A stretch of 63,530 nucleotides of DNA, the filler included. It is 5 parts of 5 records of this genome, joined end to end, with 100 filler letters (N's around TTAATTAATTAA, not from the genome) between each part and the next. Parts side by side here need not be neighbours in the genome. Positions count along the whole stretch, not along the records: positions 39,884 to 50,802 come from SRR20825019_954; positions 50,903 to 58,116 come from SRR20825019_957; 3 more parts are not named here. One strand, given 5' to 3'. The notes under the pieces were generated by a model. That model saw nothing but the letters and a program-made list of their open reading frames with translations. It was not told where the DNA came from and made no database searches. The position numbers and the translations under genes were made by a program. Below are positions 44,318 to 54,539 of this stretch, in pieces; the stretch's first letter is position 1, and every line of letters starts with the position of its first letter.

Positions 44318-46648
44318 TTACTGTTTGGCACGGGGGCGTCCCGAAATGGACTGTATGTCCTCGATATTGAGTGCCGCGACCGGACGGGGGCTCGGCGGTG
44401 GCGGTGGCGTGAGCGGACGGGAGACCGAAGGTTGTTCAACAGGTTTCCTCGGAGCAGGCCCCTGTGTGTTTGCCGGCGCCGGTGCCGGACGGGCAGCTCC
44501 CGCCGGCGGCGATTGCAGGCGCACGGTCGTCTCCATTTTCGGCGGCCGCACCATCGGCCCGGAATCGTCACCGGAAGCATCCGGCGATGGCTTCGCATTC
44601 GCCCCGGACGCCGGGCGGGCGGCCAGGATTTCAAGTGCCTGCGCCGAGCCCTGACCGAGCTGCGGGCGGACACCGTGGCCCGTCCCCGGCTGCAGGGTTG
44701 GCGGCGTCGTCTTGCCTGAGCGTGCGCGCCGTGCGGAAGGCAAATCGGGAACGCGCGGCGGTGGCGGCAGATTCACAGATGCCGGCACACCGCGCGGGGC
44801 TGGCCCGGGTCCAGCCGGAGGTGGCGGCGCCGGCATCCTGCGGCGCTCGACATCCGGCCTCCCCTCCTCGGCATTGTCCGAGGCAGGCGGCGGGGCGGAA
44901 ACTTTCTTTGCGGCCGGCTTGGCGGCCGGAGCTGAGGCACCAGCCGGAGCGGAGGGAGCCGCGCCCATGCCTGCGCTGGCCAGCACCTCATCGCGGGAGC
45001 CGTACTTGTTCATCATGCCGTCCTGCAGGACCAGCAGCTTGTTCATATTCGCCAGGGTCTGCACCCGGTGGGTGATCATGATAACCGTGGCGCCCCGGTC
45101 CTTCAGGACATTGACCGCATTCGCGAGGGCTTCGTCCCCTTTGGAGTCCAAATTCGAATTCGGCTCATCCAGAACCACGATCGACGGGCCGCCATAGAGT
45201 GCGCGCGCCAGAGCGACACGCTGTCTCTGCCCGCCGGAAAGAATCGCCCCGGCATTGCCGATATCCGTATCGTAGCCATTCGGCAATTGCAGGATCAGTT
45301 CATGCAAGCCAGCCAGTTTCGCCGCATCGATCACCAGTTCCGGGTCCGGATCGGCATCAAGACGCGCGATATTTTCCGCGACGGATCCGCCGAACAGCTC
45401 GATATCCTGCGGCATGTAACCGACATGCTTGCCGAGGTTATCCGTGTCCCAGTTGAAAATATCGGCACCGTCGAGCCTGACATGGCCAACATGCGGCTTT
45501 TCCACGCCAACGATGAGCCGTGCCAGCGAGGATTTACCGGCAGCGGACGGACCGACGACGCCGAGCGCCTCACCCGGTTTGACCTCAAAGCTGATGCGCT
45601 GAAGGATCGGCCGTGGCGCACCGCGCGGCTGATAGCCGACATTCTCCAGAACCAGATGGCCTTTCGGGGCGGGCAGTTCCATCCGGCGCATACCGGACTG
45701 GGCATTGACCAGCGCTGTCTCGATGGTCTTGTACGCCGCAAGCGCATCGACCAGCTGGCGGGCCTGGCTGATGCCCATCTCGACCGGCTGCAGCGCCCGG
45801 CCGAGGATCAGCGAACAGGCGATCATCATGCCCGGCGTCATATCGACCGAAGGGTCGATGATCTGCAGGACGGCAACGGTCATGATCACCATCTGGATCA
45901 ACATGCGGGCGGACTTCGACATCGCGCTCAGGATGGCGGCCCGATCGCTGGCCCGGCCTTGCAGGGTGAGAACCTTTTCGTTCTCCCGGTGCCAGCGCGC
46001 CATGATGTTCCGGCGCATGCCCATGCTTTCGACCACGGCCGCGTTACGCACAGCGGATTCTGCGGCCGAATAAGCCTTGGAGGAAAATTCCTGTGCCGCG
46101 TTGAGCGCCGGCCGCGTCATCCGGTCGTTGATGATGCCGAGCACCAGCATGACCGCCGCCCCACCGATGGCAGCAAGTCCCATATGCGGATTAATCCACA
46201 TGATCAGGGCGAGGAAGACCGGCACCCACGGCACATCCAGCATGGTGAGCATGCCGGGGCCCGTCAGAAACATGCGGAGTGTTCCAAGCGAGCGCAGCGG
46301 ATTGCTGTTTGGCTGGCTGCTCCGGTCGAGTGCGTCGGTGATGATGGAAGAAAGCAGGATCGGGCCGATGCGGCGGTCGATCCAGCCACTGATCCGAACG
46401 AAGGCGTAAGCACGAATCGTATCGAGTGTAGCCTGAATGCCAAGCGTGAAGGCGGCGATGCCGAGCAACAGATAAAGTGTTGCCTCGCTGCGGCTTGCCA
46501 GCACCCGGTCAAACACCTGGAACATGAAGACCGGCAAGGTCAGCATCAGCATGTTCACGGCGAAACTGAAAACACCAGCCGACATCAAGGCCGTGTAGCA
46601 GGCTCGCATCAACCGGTTTACGGTTACGGGCTGGTCCGCCCCTGCCAT
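44318..46648 (-). CDS. Type I secretion ABC permease/ATPase (PrtD/AprD-like) with a long Pro/Ala-rich C-terminal tail
   Basis: NMLML..P.FMFQVFDRVL.SRS..TL, LDVPW.P, GPSAAGKSSL, LSGGQRQR, LDEPNSNLD; GAGGTG RBS before the ATG at 46648. Confidence 0.93.
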   Translation of the reverse strand: MAGADQPVTVNRLMRACYTALMSAGVFSFAVNMLMLTLPVFMFQVFDRVLASRSEATLYLLLGIAAFTLGIQATLDTIRAYAFVRISGWIDRRIGPILLSSIITDALDRSSQPNSNPLRSLGTLRMFLTGPGMLTMLDVPWVPVFLALIMWINPHMGLAAIGGAAVMLVLGIINDRMTRPALNAAQEFSSKAYSAAESAVRNAAVVESMGMRRNIMARWHRENEKVLTLQGRASDRAAILSAMSKSARMLIQMVIMTVAVLQIIDPSVDMTPGMMIACSLILGRALQPVEMGISQARQLVDALAAYKTIETALVNAQSGMRRMELPAPKGHLVLENVGYQPRGAPRPILQRISFEVKPGEALGVVGPSAAGKSSLARLIVGVEKPHVGHVRLDGADIFNWDTDNLGKHVGYMPQDIELFGGSVAENIARLDADPDPELVIDAAKLAGLHELILQLPNGYDTDIGNAGAILSGGQRQRVALARALYGGPSIVVLDEPNSNLDSKGDEALANAVNVLKDRGATVIMITHRVQTLANMNKLLVLQDGMMNKYGSRDEVLASAGMGAAPSAPAGASAPAAKPAAKKVSAPPPASDNAEEGRPDVERRRMPAPPPPAGPGPAPRGVPASVNLPPPPRVPDLPSARRARSGKTTPPTLQPGTGHGVRPQLGQGSAQALEILAARPASGANAKPSPDASGDDSGPMVRPPKMETTVRLQSPPAGAARPAPAPANTQGPAPRKPVEQPSVSRPLTPPPPPSPRPVAALNIEDIQSISGRPRAKQ

Positions 46649-46787
46649 TGAATCACCTCGGTATCGAATACCCAAACCAAAGCCACACAAAAGATTGTGC
46701 AGCTTTTGCCTCGAAAACTATCAATACCATACATGATAAGTAGACGCGAAACATGAAGTTACGCGCCTTGTTGATTGATTTATCGTC

Positions 46788-46821
46788 AAAAAAGGCCCGC
46801 TGACAAATATCAAGCGGGCCT
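46788..46821 (-). terminator. Intrinsic terminator of the small hypothetical gene
   Basis: Minus strand AGGCCCGCTTGA...TCAGCGGGCCT followed by a T tract, immediately after the stop at 46827. Confidence 0.85.
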
Positions 46822-46826
46822 GGGGA

Positions 46827-47117
46827 TCAATCCTCGGTAAATTTCGCGAGATCAATCTCACCGTGACGGAACGGCACCCAGTACTTGGTTTCCGGGTTGT
46901 ATTGCAGACCATAGATGTTCGTACAGAAAACCTTGGTCGGCGGGTTCTGGCCCTCACCTTCCGTCCGCGCGGCATCAACCAGTTCAGCCGGCTTGAAATA
47001 GGTTTCCCAGGCTGCGGACACATCAGAGCGCTCTTGCTCGGAAAGATCATTCACCTTCATGGCGAGATCCCAAGTCTGCTCAAGGTCGTTCCAAAGGTCG
47101 TCGAGATACTTGCCCAT
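46827..47117 (-). CDS. Small acidic hypothetical protein
   Basis: MGKYLDDLWNDLEQTWDLAMKVND...YWVPFRHGEIDL; GC-rich third codon positions and its own terminator. Confidence 0.75.
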   Translation of the reverse strand: MGKYLDDLWNDLEQTWDLAMKVNDLSEQERSDVSAAWETYFKPAELVDAARTEGEGQNPPTKVFCTNIYGLQYNPETKYWVPFRHGEIDLAKFTED

Positions 47118-47303
47118 CGATCGAAAATCCACAGTGTTCAGGTGCGATTTGGCTTATTGGCCTTATATCGGATCGCTTTCAACAGGTGAAGGCGTAATTT
47201 ACACCTTGGCGAAGAGCCAGGCCTTGGCCAGTCCAGCACCCGAACAACCAACCTATGCCCTTGACGGTGCTCGAGCTGATGAAACCATCAAGTCCAACAT
47301 GGC

Positions 47304-47957
47304 TTACCGACCTTCCCGCAACAACTTCACAAAATCCGTCAGCCCAAGCCGACGGTCACGCTTCAGTCGTTCGGCAGTGAGGATGGCGCGGACGGCGTCT
47401 ACGCTTTCGTCGAGGTCACGGTTGACGATGATGTAGTCGTATTCGCGGTAATGGCTGATCTCGTCCGCCGCCTTTGACATGCGCTGGGCCACGACCTCAG
47501 CGCTATCCTGTGCGCGTCCCATCAGGCGACGTTCCAGCTCATGGGTCGAGGGCGGCAGGATGAAGACGCTGACCAGATCGTCACGGGCGGCGTCGGCGAC
47601 CTGCTGGGTGCCCTGCCAGTCGATATCGAACAGCACGTCCTTGCCGCCACTCAGAACCGCATCCACCGGGCCGCGCGGCGTGCCGTAGTAATTATCGAAG
47701 ACCTTGGCGTATTCCAGGAACTCGCCCCGGTTGATCATCAACTGGAATTCGGTCTGGTCGATGAAGTGGTAATCGACGCCGTCCACCTCGCCCGGACGCC
47801 GGGGCCGTGTGGTGGCCGAGACGGACATGGTGAGCTCGTCTTCGGTCTCCAGCAGGCGGCGGGAGATGGAGGTCTTGCCGGCACCGGACGGGGAAGAGAG
47901 CACCAGCATCAGGCCACGGCGCTGCATATCGGGGTAAAATTCGTCGGACATGCTCAT
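47304..47957 (-). CDS. gmk: Guanylate kinase
   Basis: LSSPSGAGKT, SVSATTR..RPGEVDGVDYHF, YYGTP, FDIDWQG, FILPPS. Confidence 0.97.
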   Translation of the reverse strand: MSMSDEFYPDMQRRGLMLVLSSPSGAGKTSISRRLLETEDELTMSVSATTRPRRPGEVDGVDYHFIDQTEFQLMINRGEFLEYAKVFDNYYGTPRGPVDAVLSGGKDVLFDIDWQGTQQVADAARDDLVSVFILPPSTHELERRLMGRAQDSAEVVAQRMSKAADEISHYREYDYIIVNRDLDESVDAVRAILTAERLKRDRRLGLTDFVKLLREGR

Positions 47958-48877
47958 TCGACGTTCTGAACCTGCTCGCGGAACTGCTCGACCGTCGATT
48001 TCAGCTCAAGGCCTATATTGGTGAGCGCAAGGGACGCCGCCTTGGAGCAGATCGTGTTGCTCTCCCGGTTCAGTTCCTGACAGATGAAATCGAGCTTCCG
48101 GCCGATCACGCCACCGGCGTTGACGAGATCCCGGCAGGCCGCGACATGGGCATCCAGACGATCGACTTCCTCGCGAATGTCCGCCTTGGTCGCCAGCAAT
48201 GCCAGCTCCTGTCCCAGACGCTCCTCGGAAACCGGCGGGGATTGTTCGAGGATCTCGGCGATCTGCTGCTTCATCCGCTCACGCTGCTGGCCCGGCTGAA
48301 GATCGGCCGTCTCCTTGGCTGCTTTGGACAGCCCGGAGAGCGTATCGAGATGGGCCGTCAGCATGTTCGCAAGATGAGCGCCCTCCTCCCCGCGCATGTC
48401 GGACAGAGGCTTCAGCACGGTTTCGAGACCGGCCATGAGTGCCGTGATCAGCGCTTCCTTCTGCGCGGGGTCCTGTGCCGGCTCTTCCTCCGTCTCCAGA
48501 ATGCCCCGCACGGACAGCAGGCTGTCGAGGCGTGGAGGGGACGGGTAGATCTTGCCTTCGGCTTCAAGCGTGCCCTGAAGCTCCAGGATCTGCTCGATCA
48601 ATTCCCGGTTCACCGTCAACGCCTTGGACGTGGTCTGGCGGGAGAGCATCAGGGAGACGGAGAGCGAGCCGCGCCCAAGCTTCGTGCCGATCAGTTTGCG
48701 GGCCGGGATCTCCAGCGCATCGAAGCCGCCGGGCAGACGGAAGCGGATATCCAGGCCCTTGCCGTTGACCGACTTGACCTCCCAGCTCCACTGCCATTGC
48801 GCCGCGCCATCACCTGCGTCATGGGTTCCCTCGACACGGGCGTAACCCGTCATGCTGTTGATCGCCACTCGCACCAC
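47954..48877 (-). CDS. yicC: YicC/YloC family endoribonuclease
   Basis: SMTGYA, WEVKSVNGKGLD, KADIREEVDRL, GRKLDFICQELNRESNTICSK, EQFREQVQNVE; overlaps gmk. Confidence 0.95.
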   Translation of the reverse strand: MVRVAINSMTGYARVEGTHDAGDGAAQWQWSWEVKSVNGKGLDIRFRLPGGFDALEIPARKLIGTKLGRGSLSVSLMLSRQTTSKALTVNRELIEQILELQGTLEAEGKIYPSPPRLDSLLSVRGILETEEEPAQDPAQKEALITALMAGLETVLKPLSDMRGEEGAHLANMLTAHLDTLSGLSKAAKETADLQPGQQRERMKQQIAEILEQSPPVSEERLGQELALLATKADIREEVDRLDAHVAACRDLVNAGGVIGRKLDFICQELNRESNTICSKAASLALTNIGLELKSTVEQFREQVQNVE

Positions 48878-48951
48878 CAGATCTTTGCTATAGAGAAAGG
48901 AGGCGCACTATATCCGTGCCCTGTTACGGCAACAAGACGCGGAGCTGTCTG

Positions 48952-49719
48952 ATGCATGCACCTGGCGCAATTCTCATCACCGGAGCTTCCGGCGGAATCG
49001 GTAAAGCGCTGGCCGAAGTCTACGCGTCACCGGGAGCGGTTCTGTTCCTCGGCGGCAGGAATACGGCACGACTGCAGAGTGTCGCCGATACGGCCGCTTC
49101 CAGGGGCGCCGAGGTCCACACGAAGATCATCGACGTCACCGACCGGGACGCGATGGCGCTCTGGATCTCCGAAGCCCACGCAACCGCGCCGCTTGATCTG
49201 GTCATCGCCAATGCCGGAATTTCCGCCGGAACCGGCGATGGCGGGCCGGAGCCGGCGGATCAGGTGCGGCGGGTCTATGCGGTGAATGTCGATGGCGTGA
49301 TGAACACTGTGCTCCCCGCCCTGCCGCTGATGCAGGAGCGCAGCAAGGGACAGATCGGGATTGTCAGCTCGCTGGCCGGGTTCCGGGGATTTCCCGGGGC
49401 ACCGGCCTATTGCGGCAGCAAGGCGGCGGTGAAGGTTTTCGGAGAGGGATTGCGGCCAACCGCCGCCCGCAGCGGGATCGAAGTCTCGGTGATCTGCCCC
49501 GGCTATGTCCGCTCCCCGATGACGGATGTGAATGACTTCCCGATGCCCTTCCTGATGGATGCGGACAAGGCGGCGAAGATCATCCGGCGCGGCCTGGAAC
49601 GGAATAAGGCCCGGATCGCCTTCCCCTGGCCGATGCATGCCATGGTTATCCTGCTACAGGCCCTGCCGCCGTCCTGGATAGACGGGATAATGGGACGATT
49701 GCCAACGAAGTCGGGCTGA
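48952..49719 (+). CDS. Short-chain dehydrogenase/reductase
   Basis: ITGASGGIG, ANAG, SSLAG, YCGSK (YxxxK), CPGYV.SPMT. Confidence 0.92.
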   Translation: MHAPGAILITGASGGIGKALAEVYASPGAVLFLGGRNTARLQSVADTAASRGAEVHTKIIDVTDRDAMALWISEAHATAPLDLVIANAGISAGTGDGGPEPADQVRRVYAVNVDGVMNTVLPALPLMQERSKGQIGIVSSLAGFRGFPGAPAYCGSKAAVKVFGEGLRPTAARSGIEVSVICPGYVRSPMTDVNDFPMPFLMDADKAAKIIRRGLERNKARIAFPWPMHAMVILLQALPPSWIDGIMGRLPTKSG

Positions 49720-49739
49720 AGAGTCGACACTCCGTCTTT

Positions 49740-50802
49740 CTAATTCTTCCAGAACCCGCGATCGAAGATCACCAGGATGGTGAAGATTTCCAGCCGCCCG
49801 AGGATCATGGCGAAGGCCAGAAGCAGCTTCGCGCTGTCGGGCAGGCTGCTGAAATTTCCGGCAGGACCGACCACCGGGCCGAGGCCGGGGCCGACATTGG
49901 TGATCGCCGTCACGCTCGCCGAATAGGCTGTGATCAGGTCGAGATCCATGAAGGTCAGCGCCAACGTGCAGAGCGCGATGGTGGCGACAAACATGGTCAG
50001 AAACGCCAGCACGGAAATCACCGCATCATCCGGCAGGGGCCTGCCGTTGAAATGTGTCGGCACCACACGATGCGGGCTGGTCAGCCGCTTGATATGAGCG
50101 CTGATGACCTGCGTGAGCACCTGAAAACGGTAGATCTTGATCGCGCCCGAGGTCGAGCCGGAACAGCCCCCGACAAAGGTCAGGATAAGGAACGCGCCGA
50201 CAGCGCCGGTTCCCCACAGCGTGTAATCCACACTCGCGAACCCGGTGGTCGTAACGACCGAGGTGATGTTGAAGAAGGTCAGCGTCAGCGCATCGCCGAA
50301 ATCGACATGGTTATGTCGGGAAAGCCAACCGGCCATGGCGACACTGACAACAACGAGAAAGATGACGAGCGCACGGACCTGGCTGTCCGAGATAAACGCC
50401 CGGGCGTTCCCGCGCACGGCCTTGATATAGACATAGAACGGGATCGCCCCGGACAACATGAATATGGTCGCGACCCATTGCAGTGACCGGCTGTCAAAAT
50501 AGCCGAAGGATGCATCGTGGGTCGAATAGCCGCCGGTCGAGATGGTCGCCATCGCATGACAGACGGCATCGAATGCGTTCATTCCGAGAAGCCAGTAGAG
50601 GATCGCGCAAATAACGGTCAGAAACAGGTAAACCAGAAGGATGTTCGACATCAGGATGAACCAGCGCGGCTCGACCTTGTCGGACGTATCGGAACTCTCG
50701 GTCCGGAAAAGCTGTGCGCCGCCAATACGCATAAACGGCAGCAGGACAACTGCCATGACGAGAATTCCGACACCGCCGATCCATTGCAGGATGGAGCGCC
50801 AG
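49740..50802 (-). CDS. trkH: Trk potassium uptake membrane protein (5' truncated)
   Basis: WIGGVGI, TISTGGYS, VTTTGF, GGCSGSTSGAIK, NVGPGLG, GRLE. Confidence 0.93.
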
Positions 50803-50902
50803 NNNNNNNNNNNNNNNNNNNNNNNNNNNNNNNNNNNNNNNNNNNNTTAATTAATTAANNNNNNNNNNNNNNNNNNNNNNNNNNNNNNNNNNNNNNNNNN
50901 NN
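50803..50902. other. Artificial contig linker
   Basis: N run + TTAATTAATTAA + N run. Confidence 0.99.
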
Positions 50903-51917
50903 AGGCGTGTTCGACAACATCTGGAAGCTGACGGAACGGTGGAAGATCACCTTTATCGTGTCAGTCCCCACGGCCCTTGCCGCGATGATGCAGCGCCCGA
51001 TTGATGCCGATGTCAGCACGGTGAAAACCGCCTTTTCCGGCTCGGCTCCGCTGCCTAAGGAATTGTTCAAACGCTTTGAAGAGGCCACGGGCGTCACCAT
51101 CGTCGAAGGCTACGGCATGACCGAAGCGACCTGTCTTGTGTCGGGCAACCCCGTGGACGGGCTGAAGAAAATCGGCAGCATCGGCATTCCGTTCCCCTAT
51201 ACGGACGTCAAGATCATCAAACAGACGAACGAGGGTCCGTTGGAATGTGCCGTGGACGAGATCGGCGAGATTTGCATTGCCAATCCCGGCGTCTACACCG
51301 GCCATACCTACACCGAAGCGGCCAAGAACAAGGATCTGTTCTACAACGACACCCACCTGCGCACGGGCGACCTGGGCCGTATGGATGCCGACGGTTATCT
51401 GTGGATCACCGGCCGGGCCAAGGATCTGATCATTCGCGGCGGGCACAATATCGACCCGGCCGAGATCGAGGATGCATTGCAGGGTCACAAGGCCGTGGCC
51501 TTTGCCGGTGCCATCGGTCAGCCCGACGCCCATTCCGGCGAGGTGCCTTGCGCCTATGTCGAACTGGTGGACGGTGCGACCGTGACCGAGGCCGAGCTGG
51601 TGGATTATTGCAAGAAGCATGTCCACGAACGCGCCGCACAGCCCAAGCACATGACGATCATGGACGAGCTGCCAAAGACGGCGGTGGGCAAGGTGTTCAA
51701 ACCCGACCTGCGCAAGAATGCGATCACGCGGGTCTATAACGCGGCCCTGTCGGATGCCGGTCTGAAGGCGCGGGTCACCTCGGTTCTGGATGACAAGAAA
51801 CGCGGGCTGACCGCGCAGGTGGCGGCCAACGGCGACAGCCAGGAGGCCATCGGCAAGGTGCTGGGGCCATTCATCCAGGGCTGGGAACTGGAAACCCAGG
51901 CCGTCGCGGCGGAATAG
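50903..51917 (+). CDS. Acyl-CoA synthetase (AMP-binding), C-terminal part
   Basis: EGYGMTEAT, RTGDLG, GRAKDLIIRGGHNIDP, LPKTAVGKVFK. Confidence 0.92.
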
Positions 51918-51921
51918 GCCT

Positions 51922-52857
51922 GTGCCCGATTATGACAAACTGATGGACGAAGAGGTCCGTGCCTTCATGGCGCGGACCGCGCGGCACTATCCGCCCGATG
52001 CGGTGGACCTGACCGTGGACGACCAGCGGCGGGTCTATAACGCGATGTGTGCCGATTTCGATGTGGGCTATCCCGATGATGTGACAGCGCAGGACCGGGC
52101 CTTTGGCGGCGTGACGTGCCGCGTCTACAGCCGTGCAGTCCCAGTTGCGGGCACAGTGTTCTATTGCCACGGCGGCGGTTTTGTCGTCGGCGGGCTGGAC
52201 AGCCACGACAGCATCTGCGCCGAGTTCTGCGCAGGCACGGGGATGCAGGTGATTGCGGTCGATTACGGCCTGTCGCCCGAACGCCCCTTTCCCGGTGATT
52301 TCGAAGACGCCTGGGCTGCGTTCGAAGCGGTCTGTGCCGAGTCTGAAGGTGCCATCGTGCTGGCGGGTGACAGTGCAGGCGGCAATCTGGTCGCGGCGAT
52401 TGCGCATCATGCGCGCGGTCGCATCGACGGGCGTATCACCGGCAGCCTGCTGATCTATCCCGGTCTGGGCGGCGACCGCACGCGGGGCAGCTATGTCACC
52501 CACGCCGATGCACCGGGGCTAAGCGTTCGGGACATGGCGTTCTATCAAACGCTGCGCTCCGGCGGGCAGGACTGCACCGGCGATCCGCGCTTTGCGCCGT
52601 TGCAGGACACCGACTTTTCCGGCCTGCCGCCCACCGTGATCCTGACCGCCGAATTCGACCCGTTGTCCAGCGATGGCGAGGCCTACCGCGATGCCATTCA
52701 GGCCGCAGGGGGCCGTGCCGTGTGGATCGAAGAGGCGGGGCTGGTGCACGCGCATCTGCGGGCGCGACACATGTCGAAACGTGCCGCTACCAGCTTTGCG
52801 CGGATGATCCAGGCGCTGACCCTGCTGCGCGCGGGTCAGATCACCGATCTGGACTGA
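51922..52857 (+). CDS. Alpha/beta hydrolase, HSL-type esterase
   Basis: HGGG, GDSAGGNL, FDPL..DG, LVH. Confidence 0.92.
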   Translation: MPDYDKLMDEEVRAFMARTARHYPPDAVDLTVDDQRRVYNAMCADFDVGYPDDVTAQDRAFGGVTCRVYSRAVPVAGTVFYCHGGGFVVGGLDSHDSICAEFCAGTGMQVIAVDYGLSPERPFPGDFEDAWAAFEAVCAESEGAIVLAGDSAGGNLVAAIAHHARGRIDGRITGSLLIYPGLGGDRTRGSYVTHADAPGLSVRDMAFYQTLRSGGQDCTGDPRFAPLQDTDFSGLPPTVILTAEFDPLSSDGEAYRDAIQAAGGRAVWIEEAGLVHAHLRARHMSKRAATSFARMIQALTLLRAGQITDLD

Positions 52858-52863
52858 GGCAGG

Positions 52864-53700
52864 TCAGGTCAGGAACGGTTTGGCTTTCATCGTGTCGGGG
52901 ATTGGCGCACCCAGCCGCGACAGGATGGTGGGGGCCAGTTGCAGCTGGTCGATCACCGTATCCTCGTGGGGCCCTTCGGCGTCCCCGAAATAATACAACG
53001 CCGCCTCTTGCTGCAAGGCACCGCGCCCGCCGTGGTGGCCGCGCTCGTCCTGTCCGTGATCGGCGGTCACGATCACCTCGTACCCCATCTGCCGCCAGCG
53101 CGGGATGAACGGGGCCAGCATTTCGTCCATGATGAAACAGGCGCTGTCCATTTCCTGGCTTTCATGGAAGAACCGGTGGCCCATGCTGTCCAGCGTACAG
53201 GTGTGCAACATGCCATAGTTCAGCCCGAAGCGCAGGCACAGGTTGGTCAGCGTGCCGAACAGGTCCACGTCTGAGGGGGTCATCTGGTTGTTGTGCCCAT
53301 AGCCGGTCATCGTGTGAAAACGGCCATGGTTGATGGTGTCGCTGTCGGCCTCGTCATATTCGATGTCGCGCACATAGTCGAAGGGGTGGCGGTTGAAGAA
53401 TTCGGACCAAAAGCTGTGCGCGACCGCTCCCGTGACCCCACCTGCCGCGCGGGTGGCGGAGAAGACGTCGGGATGCGACAGGCGGAACACGTTCCCGTTG
53501 CCGGTGCAGCCATGTGCGGCCGGGGCCACGCCGGTGTGGATCGACGCATAGCACGAGGCCGAAATCGACGGCAGCACCGCGCGCAGTTTCCACACGCGGG
53601 CGTCACCTGAATCAACCCAGCCTTCCAGATTGCCGAACAGCCGCCGCCAGTTGCGCCACGGCACCCCGTCCAGAATGATCAGCAACAGTTTCTTGTCCAT
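52864..53700 (-). CDS. Alkaline phosphatase superfamily protein
   Basis: LIILDG, LPSIS, DSMGH, VTADHG, HGG. Confidence 0.85.
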   Translation of the reverse strand: MDKKLLLIILDGVPWRNWRRLFGNLEGWVDSGDARVWKLRAVLPSISASCYASIHTGVAPAAHGCTGNGNVFRLSHPDVFSATRAAGGVTGAVAHSFWSEFFNRHPFDYVRDIEYDEADSDTINHGRFHTMTGYGHNNQMTPSDVDLFGTLTNLCLRFGLNYGMLHTCTLDSMGHRFFHESQEMDSACFIMDEMLAPFIPRWRQMGYEVIVTADHGQDERGHHGGRGALQQEAALYYFGDAEGPHEDTVIDQLQLAPTILSRLGAPIPDTMKAKPFLT

Positions 53701-53780
53701 ATGCGCCCCCTGTCTGTGCGCCTGCATCTGACCGCAGGTGGTGCGCGGGGGCAATGGGGGCTGTGCGATTTTTCTTGACG

Positions 53781-54539
53781 TCACGCCAAAGCGGCAAACC
53801 TTTGCGCCAGATCGGTGGTTGCGGTCCGATAGGCGCCGGGCCCATAGCTTGCACGCGACACGCCCATTTGCGCCGCATCATGCAGCGCGCTCAGGTTGCC
53901 CATCATCATGACATTGACGGGCAGGTCGGTGTTGTTTGCGATATGGGTGATATGGCTGTGCGCCGTCAGACCGGGAATAAAGAACCCGTCGGCACCGGCC
54001 CCTGCATAGGCATCTGCCCGCGCAAGCGCCTGGCCCAGCAGGTCTCCGTGGGTGTCCGGGACTGACCCCAGAAACAGGTCGGTACGCGCGTTGATGAACA
54101 GGGGGATGCCCTCAAGCTGTGCGGCCGCTCTGACAGCTTTCAGCCGCGCGACCTGCGCGTCGACTGGATACAGGCCACTGCCTTGCACAACTCTGTCCTC
54201 AATATTGATCCCGATTGCACCTGCGCGGATCACGCGACGGACATTCGTGGTGATGTCGGCGGGGGCGGTGGCATATCCGCCCTCGAAGTCTACCGAAACG
54301 GGCAGGGCGACCGATTGGGTGATCCGTTCGACAATTTGCAGGACGAAATCCAGCGGCATTGCCTCGCCGTCGTCAAATCCGTGGGCCGCTGCAACCGACC
54401 AACTGCCCGTGGCCACGGCCTTGGCACCCGCATTGGCAAGGGCCTGCGCCCCGCCTGCATCCCAGATGTTGTACAGCACCAGCGGGTCGCCCTTCTGGTG
54501 AAGGGATTTGAACAGGGCTGCTTTTTCCGACTGGGTCAT
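53781..54539 (-). CDS. Isocitrate lyase/PEP mutase family protein
   Basis: F.SLH...PLVLYNIWDAG.A, ATGS, SVDFEGGY, GINIED, INARTD, AGADGFFIPG. Confidence 0.9.
   Translation of the reverse strand: MTQSEKAALFKSLHQKGDPLVLYNIWDAGGAQALANAGAKAVATGSWSVAAAHGFDDGEAMPLDFVLQIVERITQSVALPVSVDFEGGYATAPADITTNVRRVIRAGAIGINIEDRVVQGSGLYPVDAQVARLKAVRAAAQLEGIPLFINARTDLFLGSVPDTHGDLLGQALARADAYAGAGADGFFIPGLTAHSHITHIANNTDLPVNVMMMGNLSALHDAAQMGVSRASYGPGAYRTATTDLAQRFAALA

Noticed and set aside
45068-46651. Long antisense ORFs (527 aa here; also 32840-33781, 40588-41487, 55217-56155, 60849-61652)
   Set aside because: They are shadow ORFs opposite well-supported genes, typical of GC-rich codon bias.
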